A stretch of DNA of 64,000 nt. Origin: Asterionella formosa. Taxonomy: Eukaryota. Location: contig NKIB01012964.1 in NCBI GenBank assembly GCA_002256025.1, positions 1-64,000 on the forward strand, written 5' to 3'. Under the pieces are notes generated by a model. That model did not search any database and was not told where the DNA came from. It worked only from the letters and a program-made list of their open reading frames with translations. Below are positions 24,507 to 35,118 of this stretch, piece after piece (the stretch's first letter is position 1; the number at the start of each line of letters is the position of its first letter). Made by a program: the position numbers and the translations under genes.

Positions 24507-25406
24507 AAACTGATTGAGAAGAACGATGAGAATAAGTTTGGAATGATAAGTAGGAAGCCAATCATTGAATCTGACAATTATGAGGTGAATGTTGAATCTT
24601 TCTCCACTTGCTATTTGGAACTTGGTGGTACATATTGGCTGCTTCGATGCATGCCAGCTTGCACATGCTTTGTTGAAGCTTGTCGTATAGTACTTACATT
24701 CTTCATGCTGATGGCTGTCGTAAAGGAAAGAAAAAGTTGCAACTGTTCTTGAGGATTGTTGAGATTTATGTTACTTCCTTTTGTGCCTCACATTTGTTTC
24801 GTTGCCTTTGCACAGTTATCCTAAGGTAATACAGTCTAAAATTAATAGTAAAAGAAAATAGAGATAGCTTGTAAACCCAGAGGTGAACCGCAATATGAGA
24901 AGCCTCCATGGTGATCCTCATGAGAAGCTTTAATAGGTGACCCTCATCAGGTTAGTAACCATGAGTGGAAAACTATCTGACCCTAGCTAATTTGTAAGCC
25001 CAGAGGTGAACTGCATAATGAGAAGCCTCTATTTGGCTGGTTGCACGCTTGTTGGACTCGATTGGGTGCCTGGTAGCATCAGCCGTGGTCTGCTTTTGTC
25101 CTATGAACGGTACTGGTACGGGTTACACACAAACGTAGGAGTCAAGCCTCAAGTCCTACATCACACTAGTTTGCCCACTCTGCCGAAATTGTGATAATTT
25201 GGATCTAAATTTTGGTTTCTACCCTACATTTTTGGCAGAACTGGTGCAAAATATACCGATATTTGTTGTGTTTACAAAATCTATAGGCAGCTGCAGGTCA
25301 GTGCTTTTTGATGTACTAACTACCAGGTACCATACAATCCTCGATCCGGACAAAGCAAGCAAAGCAATCGGTAGACTATATACTGAATATATCTACCTCA
25401 TGTGTA

Positions 25407-25549
25407 GGAAAATGATATTTCGTCCCCCGAAAGCCCCCAACGGTTTTTCGATATTTCGTCCCCCTATGTAACCCTTACTATATTCACGAGATGCTTATCT
25501 ACCTTGGAAGCGTCTAGGGTTAGGGTTAGGGGACGAAATATCATTTTCC
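25407..25549. mobile_element. 143-bp MITE with perfect terminal inverted repeats, a TA target-site duplication and internal TTAGGG-type repeats
   Basis: TA|GGAAAATGATATTTCGTCCCC ... GGGGACGAAATATCATTTTCC|TA, with TAGGGTTAGGGTTAGGGG at 25515-25532. Confidence 0.85.
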
Positions 25550-25974
25550 TACTTGTTTTATATGATATATATCATTCATATACCTGTAACTCATACGATG
25601 TACAAGGTACCTGCTACCTGGTACCAGGGTACCAGGTACCGATGGTATACCGTTACCGGTAGGCAGAGCTATTTTGGGTATTTATGATGGCCGGTCGCTG
25701 GATCTCGGTACTGGTACGACCCGGTACTTCTGGTACCTGGTCCGGTACCTGGTTTACCTTTGTGTATGATGCTGAGCATTTTTATGTACATGAAATGTAG
25801 AGCTAATCGATGCACATCATTTGTAGACAGCCACAAATGGCCATACATATTATTATTTGTCATGTGTCTACATACCGTTATGTAATATCTATCGTTACTG
25901 TTAATTTTGATTGATTAATTTTTTATTAAGCAATAAGACAGCCCTCGTCAAGCATCAAGGAGGACAGCTCTGCG

Positions 25975-28020
25975 ATGTCGTCCCTGCCTACGAACCGTGA
26001 CATTCCGGCTGCCTCCGCTGATACGATGCCATCGATGAACGATATGGAATTTCCGATGGAAGATGCCGCTCCACTGCAAATGGACACTCCGACTTATTCA
26101 CACGATGCTCAGCACGGCGGTCTCTTTTTCGCCGACGCGTTGCTTGACCTTGAAGAAGCTCAGGGCCTTGCTGAAACGCCGCAACCTCCGAAGCTAGTCA
26201 TGGAAATGGCATCGTCATCGGCCACATCCGCCTTTGAACTTCCAGATCTCAAGTCACCGCTTCGCGCTCTGTCTCCTTCTGCCAGCATCTCCAGCACCGA
26301 CAATTCTCACCAGAACATCAGGAGCAATAGCAACAACAAAGATGGCAGACAACTGCAGCTGCAACGCATTGAAGCATCCAGAATTTATCAGCGTCAACCG
26401 CTCCCTACCAACCACCGTCCTAGACCGCCGCGACGTCCTAGAGACATCCCATGGCTTGTTGCCTTTTTTCTCTTTGTCCCGCTCGCTCTAGTAATTTGCA
26501 CTTCGTTGCGGCGCAGTACAGCCTATGGAAATCCAATAGCCCTGAATGCAATGACAGAACGGGCCTCACTGTACGCCATTTTCTTGGCGTATTTAGGAAC
26601 ACTCCTTCTCGCAAGGCTCTTGTATAGAACGTCTGGAGGCGGCGAAGGTGACGACGCCAGGCACGTGGCTTCTCAATTCATTATGGCCTTCGCACCCATT
26701 AGTTTGGGAATTCACCCTCTATTGATGTTACTCATCTATCGAAAGACCCCAAAAGCTATTCACTATGCATTGATTCCGTTATGGTTCTTATTGCGCGACG
26801 TGTGGGCGATGCGACAGTGGCGAACTACAGCAAGCACAGCTGGAGGCCGGCAAGCCTTTTTCCAGGCCTTGGTCAATATGGCCCTAGATATTCTCAGTAG
26901 ATCCTTAAGACGATCTTCCTTTTATCGCATTGTCATTATTGTATTGACTCTTCAGTTTGTTGTCACTTGGTGGTGGCAGTCGGCACTTTTGGGCGCTCTT
27001 GGACATGGGTCCGCCATGTGGTTCTTCGTGGCCCTTGTGGCCGGCAAATGGGCGACTGGTACAATGGCACGCATTTTGGGATTAATTGCGTCTGGTGGAG
27101 TCACTTCTTGGTTCGCGCAACAGTCGCTTCTCATGGAAAGCATGGAACACGCGGAATCGGGTCCAACAAGAAGTGCGAATGCCAACATGCCAGAAGAGTA
27201 TCGCACCGCCGATGCATCTGCCTATCAACCAGTCGTTCCAATGGGATTGAATGATGATGACGATGATGAGGATGACTTTGAGAATGGGCAAGTCAGTCTG
27301 GCGACAATGACAATGATGTGGGAAGATTCAGGCTCGTCGACTGTCAAAGCCTTTTTGATATCGGCATTGACCACTAGCTTTGGATCGGTCGCTCAGTGTG
27401 GTCTCTTGGGTGGACTGGCACAATTTGTCTGGTCCATTCTCCGCAACTTGGAGGGTTTGAGTAGTGTGTTATCTCAACGCTTTCCATCCCAATACAGAGG
27501 CTTCCGAGGCATGCAAATTGGCAATGACACTTCTGGAGCATCTGGCGTGATTGCGGCATGTTTGACACGTGCACATATTACAGCTCGCAATTTTGTCCGT
27601 GCCCATTCTGACTTGGCCATGTGTCAAGTAGCAGCCAATTATAAATCGTACCAACGAGCGGCGCAGGATGTGGCAGTCCTGGTCGATGGCTCAGGTGTGG
27701 AACCAATTCTTCATGATGATATTACAACACACATGTGTGCATGCCTTTGTGGCAGTATTGCCGGTATGGTCATTATTTTCTTTGGATTGATTTTAGATCA
27801 TCACCAACTGGCCCATCATTTGTCAGACACAACGGTGGTACAATCCATGTTGTTAGCGTTTGTTTTGTGCTATGTCATGTTGTTTACAGTCATGGAGCCA
27901 CTGAGAGCAGCCATCAAGGCTGTCTATGTGTGCTTTGCTCAGCATCCCGAGTCATTAAGTCAAGCCTTTCCATTGATCTTTCACCGGTTGACCAGAATAA
28001 GTGAGGCTAACTTGGTATAG
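25975..28020 (+). CDS. Choline transporter-like (CTL/SLC44 family) multi-pass membrane protein
   Basis: 681-aa ORF with many transmembrane segments. TTSFGSV..GLL and the C-terminal AVYVCFAQHPESL are typical of CTL proteins. Confidence 0.8.
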   Translation: MSSLPTNRDIPAASADTMPSMNDMEFPMEDAAPLQMDTPTYSHDAQHGGLFFADALLDLEEAQGLAETPQPPKLVMEMASSSATSAFELPDLKSPLRALSPSASISSTDNSHQNIRSNSNNKDGRQLQLQRIEASRIYQRQPLPTNHRPRPPRRPRDIPWLVAFFLFVPLALVICTSLRRSTAYGNPIALNAMTERASLYAIFLAYLGTLLLARLLYRTSGGGEGDDARHVASQFIMAFAPISLGIHPLLMLLIYRKTPKAIHYALIPLWFLLRDVWAMRQWRTTASTAGGRQAFFQALVNMALDILSRSLRRSSFYRIVIIVLTLQFVVTWWWQSALLGALGHGSAMWFFVALVAGKWATGTMARILGLIASGGVTSWFAQQSLLMESMEHAESGPTRSANANMPEEYRTADASAYQPVVPMGLNDDDDDEDDFENGQVSLATMTMMWEDSGSSTVKAFLISALTTSFGSVAQCGLLGGLAQFVWSILRNLEGLSSVLSQRFPSQYRGFRGMQIGNDTSGASGVIAACLTRAHITARNFVRAHSDLAMCQVAANYKSYQRAAQDVAVLVDGSGVEPILHDDITTHMCACLCGSIAGMVIIFFGLILDHHQLAHHLSDTTVVQSMLLAFVLCYVMLFTVMEPLRAAIKAVYVCFAQHPESLSQAFPLIFHRLTRISEANLV

Positions 28021-28894
28021 GGGAACTATTGGTTGCTATTGTACACTTGTATTGCATTGTAGTTCATAGCATTCCTTGCTTGGACCAATGGGAAAAATAA
28101 TTGGCCGGTGTTGGCGAATTGGAAGGTCCTGGAAAGATGGTTTGTGCTACTATGAGGTTACAAAGCTAAATTTCTCAAATACGAGACCTTGGCAGTCAAC
28201 ACTTGGTGCAAAGCAGTTGTCTGCACCAGGAAAATACCCTTTTCTAAGGAGGCTGGAGATATCTGGGTCAAAAAGATTGTGGGACAATTGTGGGCAGTAG
28301 TTTCGAGATCATAGACAGAGAGAAATAGCATTCTAAATTCAGGAAAACGCTCAGTAATAGCCCAATCAAATTATAAAAAGAAAATTGAAGGGGTGGTACT
28401 ATGCAAACAACAAAGGGGCAATCAGCACCAGGGATTCCCAACAAATCTTGGTGGATCTGCAGGAAAAATCCCATGGAAGATTGCTGAACAACAAGCTTGG
28501 ACCCCTTAAGGCTAGAAAGGGCACAAGACATCATTGATGAAACACAGAAACAGGTAAATACAGGCCAAATATCAAATTTTTTGCTTCACAAATACAGGAA
28601 ATCCCTTTAGTGTGGCCTATGAGCAAGGCACTTGCACTAGAACAATCCAGACTTAAATTCAATTCTCAAGCTGACATGAGATTCTCAGCCACAGGAATTG
28701 GCGAAAGATCATGCTACTGCAGATTCTCTTTACACAAACTTCCAAACAAGGAAGTGAACACTCAACACAATTTTCACAACCCATTTATATGGGTCATTGA
28801 GCACATCCGAAAAAATTGAAAGTCCCACATCTTTCCAAAATTTTGACTTTGCACCTAAATGATACACTTCATTAAGAACAAATTATTCAAATTG

Positions 28895-29201
28895 CATGAT
28901 GAAGGATTCAGAAGGCTCCATGAAACGAATTCATTGGGCTTCACAAGTTTGGGTGTCCTTAATGTTAGCCACCACAGATGATTTTCTCTCAAGAAAAGCA
29001 TGTGATCGGAGTGCTCCCTGTACTTGCTTCGATTTTTTCATCTCGAATTCTTCACGACGCTCACCTGAATATATGCGTGCAAACATCACCTTTGGGATAA
29101 AGATTAAAAGTAATATTGCCATGGAAGTCAAGAATACAATAAAAACCATAACCAAATAATTTGCCAGTGGGTTGTCCTGTACTAAAAACAGAATGGGAAC
29201 A
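28895..29201 (-). pseudogene. Truncated, inverted paralogue of the class C GPCR (last transmembrane helices and start of the tail only)
   Basis: VPILFLVQDNP..YLVMVFIVFLTSMAILLLIFIPKVMFAR.YSGERREEFE is nearly identical to 34397-34600. Homology stops abruptly at about 29201. Confidence 0.85.
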
Positions 29202-30420
29202 GGAGGTTGAAGAATTATTGAGTAAATCGACATAATCAATGTGATTTTAACATGGGTTTTTAGGAACAAAATATTTTATACAGAAGGGTCAGGATTTTTG
29301 CTAATACTAGGCCTATGTATGGGGTCTACCTTGTTTCCCCAAAAATTGCACCCAGCCATACATACAGACTAGTACTCTGTACCTACTAAATATATATAAT
29401 AGTTTGTAGCAACACAACTGGTCTTTCAAATGATCCTACCTATTACTGGTAGGGTACCTGGTATGTTAAATCCAGAACGAAGGATATGCGGTTTTTACTT
29501 TAGCCAGAAATAACTAATTTTGGAGACTTCAGGAAATTCCAGGCATTTCCTTACGTTTTCCCGAAGTTTCCTGGAAGTCATAGTCATTTCCTGAAATTCA
29601 TAGGAATTTCTTGAAAGTCATAGTCATATGCTTTGTGTTCTCGTTTTTGCAATTAGAAGAATTCCACTGTTTATTTTGCAGAATTGTGCTATGAAAAGAA
29701 GATGCTTTTTAATGCAGGTACTATATTTGATAAAATATGTTGCTGTCTGGTAACACTTGCCCATTTCAGGAAAATGTCCACAACTTGCACATATAACAAC
29801 CTGATGAGGTCATTTTGCTTAAATAAACAAGTAAATGTGGCTTAAAGAAAGCTATATCCTTAGTATAAAGAGTATGTTAGACGATGCACTCTACTCAACG
29901 AATAAGTAATCAGTTTCGATTCAGTGTATAGAGCCATGAAGATCTAATTTTTTCAATGTCATTAAGATTGTTGCATAGCGGTGGCTGACAGTGCATATTT
30001 TTCTTTTCATACATGAGTATGCATATTTTCCAATTCTTTTCCTATTACTTTACCTGTTAGGTCGTTGCTAACCGTGGACCAAAACGCAAACCAAACAGTG
30101 TTTTGGTTTCGGTAACCCTAAAATACGATGCTAGTATTGGGAGTGAAAAACTCAACGCAAACGCATTACATTTAGGGGATTCCGTGCCCATAGTATCCCA
30201 ATAAGTTACCCAAACGCATTACGTTTTGGTTTTTTTTCCCAAAGTTACCTAAACGTAGGATTCCATATTGACTACTTTGAATGTAGTCACTAGAAACCCA
30301 ATTAATATCGTCGCAGAATCACTACATATAGGAAGCATCATATGCCGGTACTGGTATATCATATCCATATACAACAATAGCTTTGCGGTACGGGTACTCT
30401 GATGGTAACAGGTACCAGGG

Positions 30421-30826
30421 TGTCAAGAATATTAGCCCGAGTCACAAGGATTGTGGACTCGATTGTAATCGAACGAGTCGAATATTGCATTGCCACATCA
30501 ATCAGCTGTCTAACGAGATCAGAGATTGAAGATTTCTAAGGAAATGTTAAGTGGAAACTCGAAGAGAGTCTTAGAATGACTTTGCAGGAAGCAAAGATGC
30601 ATGGAAAGGAAACATTTAGTTTAGCTTATAATTTAATTTGAGTTTTAGATTATCAACCGAGGAAACAGTGTGTTAATTGACAGCAAGGTCAATTAGTCTA
30701 TCTAGCAGGAAGGCTAGAAGCAGAGACAAGAGAGAAAGTAAGTGGTACTAGGTAGTACTACGATCACGTAAGAGTCTACGTGAAGAGAGACCCAGCCCGT
30801 GGGAAGGAGTACGGACCATTTCAACA
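30421..30826. mobile_element. Solo LTR (406 bp) nested in the Harbinger-type element
   Basis: TGTCAAGAAT...CATTTCAACA has TG..CA ends and is flanked by a direct repeat CCAGGG at 30415-30420 and 30827-30832. Confidence 0.7.
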
Positions 30827-30959
30827 CCAGGGTACCATACCACACTGGCGAGAACAACAACAACAAATCGACTTCGATTTATTATGCGGAACACATAAAT
30901 CAATCTTCTCTCAGCATGACTTCATCCTCATCTTCCTCTTCAACTGAGGCTGCTGGTGG

Positions 30960-31500
30960 CGGTATAGCTCCGGCAACTGGGACTGTTGCATCGCCACATC
31001 CCATTGTATCAATATATCTGGTAAGTAAGCAGTAGATGATTTGTTGCAGGTTATGGCGCATCGCAAATTCATCTGTACCAAGACACCATTGTTTTTGTTT
31101 GCGAAAAGGTGCATTCGTGTTCCTGCTTGTTAAGCGCTCTGATCGCTTGCACCTTGTTCAATGTTGCTGTGTAGTTCATAACTTTCTTATTCGCTTTCTC
31201 ACTCTCCTTCTCCTCTGCTCTTCTTTTCATCCTAGTCATATCATCCAGTGCTTCCATTCCCAGTTTAAAGCATCCAGCCGCCACAAGAAGTCCTGCCGTA
31301 TACATTTTCTTTTGCACAATTGCCCATAGCGCTGATTCCTTCCATTGGCGACCCATCTGATTGAGATTGATGCCATTCCTTGAATCCTCTTTGTTCCTGA
31401 ATTCAATAACTTTGTCAAGAAGGGTGCCGGTGATACCTTCCTTTAGATTCAGTCCTGCTATTGTGATGGTTGAGATAGCGGCATTCAATTCTGTCTGGGT
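30960..31500 (-). pseudogene. Decayed transposase C-terminal-like fragment carried inside the Harbinger-type element
   Basis: TAGLLVAAGCFKLG..KVQAIRALNK..QTKTMVSWYR..P.T...LLTRY is broken by stops. It resembles tails of diatom DDE transposases as recalled (weak). Confidence 0.35.
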
Positions 31501-32420
31501 TGCTGAAACTGCTGTCAGTTGTATTTCATTATGAAGAAGTGTGGTAGGAGTGTATATATTTACGGCACTACCGGTAAATTGCGGGGAAAACTAACTAATT
31601 CCCAAATAGGAATCATAATATTTCATTTATAAAAGTAGTCTAATAGAAATATTTTACTTTTTTATAATGGTTTTGTCATCCTGCGTCACAGTATATGGGT
31701 GGTTGACAACATTTAGGATTTCCCAACCAAAACCAAAACCAATCCAAAAATAAGTTTTGGGGTTTTGGTTTGGGTCAATGGTAAGCAACGGCCTTAGGCG
31801 CGATACACTATCCTTTTCGCGCTTGCATCATCACCAAATGTTTTCTGACGCATAGTTTATTCGAAAGCATAATGACCTCGTGCCCCCAATTAATTATGCT
31901 AAATTAATACTATCCGAAGAACATTATTATTCTTGTGCATGTACCGGTACACGTATAGAATTGGCGATGCCAGCTCAATAGAGTAAACGTGAAAATATCC
32001 ATTTTTCGCAATTTTGTGTCGACAGCAAGCTTTTGGCCGTAATAAGTATTTAACAACTTACACAAAGCAACAATACAAGTACGTAAGTATTTACTCCCTA
32101 TATAAATCTGAACAACTCCTTCGTAACAATAATCAACGTATGTATCTTGAAAACTAAGTTCAAACCGTACGTTTACTCCGTTTAGCGATGGCTTGCAGTT
32201 CAAAAGTCGTCGTACCGGTGGCTTACAGTTTTTAATTGGTACTGTATGTACCATCAGGTAGCACGTTCCGGCTTCGGCTACGATAAAATCATTGCATTTC
32301 TTCCCCAACTTCCGAACCTTGGGCTGTTACTTGACCACCTACGATAAAAGTATGACATTTCTGTCTACAAATATACCGGGTAGAATGAGAGGAACTGATG
32401 ACCAAGATATATTTACCTGG

Positions 32421-32491
32421 CAAGTTGCGGTCATTTTGCTCTATGATTAAAAAAAAGCTAATCTTTAGTTCAGCAAAATTACCGCAACTTG
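32421..32491. mobile_element. Tiny MITE family B (71 bp, ~20-bp TIRs)
   Basis: CAAGTTGCGGTCATTTTGCT ... AGCAAAATTACCGCAACTTG. A second copy lies at 56157-56245 and a half copy near 53584. Confidence 0.75.
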
Positions 32492-32787
32492 TCTTGCTGA
32501 TATCATGCGGTACACACGGGTAACATAATACAGGTTCCGGTAGATACACTCCTACATGCTCCTGTATCTACCTTTTCAGATTACCGGTAGTAATTCACTC
32601 CCACACTCTCAGCAATCAGCAATCGTTCGTGGTTAGTTTCCTTCAGCGAACCTTTAAACAGCAAGAGCAACATTGACAAGCCCCTTCGAGATTCATTAAC
32701 CACAACAGAACTTCAAAGTGCAGCAAAGACGAAAGCAAAACATTTTGACGTTAAGAAAAGATTGAGCTAGTTTACCAGCTCATCACC

Positions 32788-34911
32788 ATGACCAACAGCT
32801 CAGGCATTGATGTGACAGTAACGTCCAAGGTTTACAACCTTGCTGTGGTCCCCAAAGAGACCAACAACAATCCGTTCTATGATCAAGTACATCTCGGATG
32901 CATGGAGCAAGCCGCGACCTTTGGAGACCACGTCAACTGCATCTATGCCGGTCCCGACACTGTCAATGCCACTGAGCAAGCTTCAATAGTGCGTGAACTC
33001 CTTGCAAATGGAACCATTGATGGGATCAGCATGGCTGTCATCGATGTTGACATCGCCACCGAACTGGCTCAAGAAGCATTTGACAAAAACATCCCCTTGA
33101 TTACATTTGATTCCGATGCGCCACTTTCCAAACGACTCATGTATGTTGGGACAGACAATGTTGCATTTGGAGAATCTCTCGGCAAAGTACTGCTTCAGCT
33201 GAAGCCTCAAGGGGGTCGCTATGGTATAATCACCGCGGCTCCGCCGAATATCGCACAACGAGTGGAGGGCCTGAGGAAGAGGCTCACAAATAGTAAATGG
33301 GTGGAAGTGGAAGATTCGCCGAAGGACTGCTTGGACAGTATCCCCCTGTCACAATCACAGATGTATGATTATGCAAGAGATAGAGCCGTCGATGCGATTC
33401 TTCCCATGGGGGGCTGGCCCATGCGGGATGAAAAAAGTTGGAAGAAATATGTTGATACCTATCGGAATGTAACCCATGTTGTGGCAGATGCAGATCCGGA
33501 GCAATTAGCCCTCTTGGCGAAAGTGTATGTTGACGGCTTGGTGGGGCAAGTGCCTTATCAAATGGGGAGCTTAAGTGTGACAAAATTGTTGGAACTTTCC
33601 CAAGGCAAGCCTGTCACCAAAGAAATACTTGCCACATCTTTGTTGGAAGTCGTTCAAATCCCATTGCTGCTACCGGCTGTGGCTTTGAATCACAACTACA
33701 TTGGCAATCTCATCATACTTGGTTTTGTCTTGTTCGGTATAGTCGCCTTGCTTTCCATTGGCTTTACCACGTGGACCATTCTCAACCGTAAACGAAAGGT
33801 CATCAAAGCTTCGCAACCGTTTTTTCTGGTCATGATATCCATGGGTGTTTTGCTGCTTGGATCTGCTTTGATTCCGCTTTCCTTTGATGATTCCGGAAAT
33901 CGACCAATTGACGAAAACGGTACCATTGCGTGTATGTCAGTTCCGTGGTTGCTCTGTTTGGGATTCTGTGTCACGTTTTCTGCATTATTTAGCAAAACGT
34001 GGAGGGTCAATCGTATTTTCAAGTCTAAGGAGCGCTTTGTAAAGGTCCGCGTTACGGAAAAGGATGTCTTGGTACCTTTTTTCATCATTCTTTTTTTGAA
34101 TGTACTGGTCCTGTCTCTGTGGACTACTTTGGCTCCGTTACAATATGTTCGCAGGCCTCTTCCAGGGACGGATGATTGGAACCGAATAATCTCCGACTAC
34201 GGAATGTGTGCATCTGTATCAGACAGGAGGGGTGGCGAAATGCCATATTTGATTGTCCTTGGAGCCATCAATTTGAGCGTCGTTATCATGGCAAACTTTC
34301 AAGCCTACCATGCCAGGTCTATTCAATCCGAATTTAGTGAATCCAAATACATTGCTATGGTCATGATGAGTTTCTTGCAATCCATCTGTATTGGAGTTCC
34401 CATTCTGTTTTTAGTACAGGACAACCCGCCGGCATATTATTTGGTAATGGTTTTTATTGTCTTCTTGACTTCCATGGCAATATTACTTTTAATCTTTATC
34501 CCAAAGGTGATGTTTGCACGCATGTATTCAGGTGAGCGTCGTGAAGAATTCGAGATTAAAAAATCGAAGCAAGAACTGGGAGCGCTCCCGTCACAAGCTT
34601 TTTTCGAAAAGTCAGCATCACGCATCCCAGGCACTTGCTCCAATGAATTGAAAGGTTCATATAATCCAACTTCATCAGTGTCAGAAATAGGATCTGGGGA
34701 ATCTGCTTCTTCTTCCAAGCCTGTGAACCGGTTTCCCTTGTCGAGTCATAACGAGAGACTTGATGAATCAAGTGACAAGGTTCGGAATTGTGAGGCAATA
34801 GCAGAGGAGAAGTCAAATGAATTGGGTGAGAGTGACGATGATTGTGAGTTTGGCGAATATGATCTCAATAAAGATCCCAAGAAAGTCTGTGTTGAGAGAT
34901 CAGATTCTTAG
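32788..34911 (+). CDS. Class C (GABA-B-like, 7tm_3) GPCR with an N-terminal periplasmic sugar-binding-protein (RbsB/LsrB-like) domain
   Basis: N-terminus has AVVPK..NPFY..V..G, ITFDSDAP..R..YVGTDN and GLVGQ.PYQMG. The 7TM part has IKASQPFFL, FSALFSKTWRVNRIF, EFSESKYI and LIFIPK. Confidence 0.92.
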   Translation: MTNSSGIDVTVTSKVYNLAVVPKETNNNPFYDQVHLGCMEQAATFGDHVNCIYAGPDTVNATEQASIVRELLANGTIDGISMAVIDVDIATELAQEAFDKNIPLITFDSDAPLSKRLMYVGTDNVAFGESLGKVLLQLKPQGGRYGIITAAPPNIAQRVEGLRKRLTNSKWVEVEDSPKDCLDSIPLSQSQMYDYARDRAVDAILPMGGWPMRDEKSWKKYVDTYRNVTHVVADADPEQLALLAKVYVDGLVGQVPYQMGSLSVTKLLELSQGKPVTKEILATSLLEVVQIPLLLPAVALNHNYIGNLIILGFVLFGIVALLSIGFTTWTILNRKRKVIKASQPFFLVMISMGVLLLGSALIPLSFDDSGNRPIDENGTIACMSVPWLLCLGFCVTFSALFSKTWRVNRIFKSKERFVKVRVTEKDVLVPFFIILFLNVLVLSLWTTLAPLQYVRRPLPGTDDWNRIISDYGMCASVSDRRGGEMPYLIVLGAINLSVVIMANFQAYHARSIQSEFSESKYIAMVMMSFLQSICIGVPILFLVQDNPPAYYLVMVFIVFLTSMAILLLIFIPKVMFARMYSGERREEFEIKKSKQELGALPSQAFFEKSASRIPGTCSNELKGSYNPTSSVSEIGSGESASSSKPVNRFPLSSHNERLDESSDKVRNCEAIAEEKSNELGESDDDCEFGEYDLNKDPKKVCVERSDS

Positions 34912-35118
34912 TCACATCCAGACTTGGAGAAGCCAAGTGCAGTTTTGTAAAAACAAAGGAGAGTCCCGATCGGATATTAAATGTTAAGAATGATTGAATG
35001 CATGAGAAAGACCAATAAGTACACATGTTTGTTGAACAAAAAAATTCCTTAAGTGCTGCCGAATTCTGGACAAAACTGCTGTCAATACCATCCTTTATTT
35101 CTACCGTGATTTTCGTCA

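Larger units (their letters stand above)
30060..31793. mobile_element. Non-autonomous PIF/Harbinger-type element (TTA target-site duplication, GGYCG-starting TIRs)
   Basis: TTA|GGTCGTTGCTAACCGTGGACCAAAAC ... GTTTGGGTCAATGGTAAGCAACGGCC|TTA, with CCAAA/TTTGG subterminal repeats at both ends. Confidence 0.8.

Noticed and set aside
24870..25030. Two ~37-bp direct repeats (TGTAA.CCCAGAGGTGAAC.GCA..ATGAGAAGCCTC)
   Set aside because: The repeats are real but short, with no boundaries or function that can be supported.
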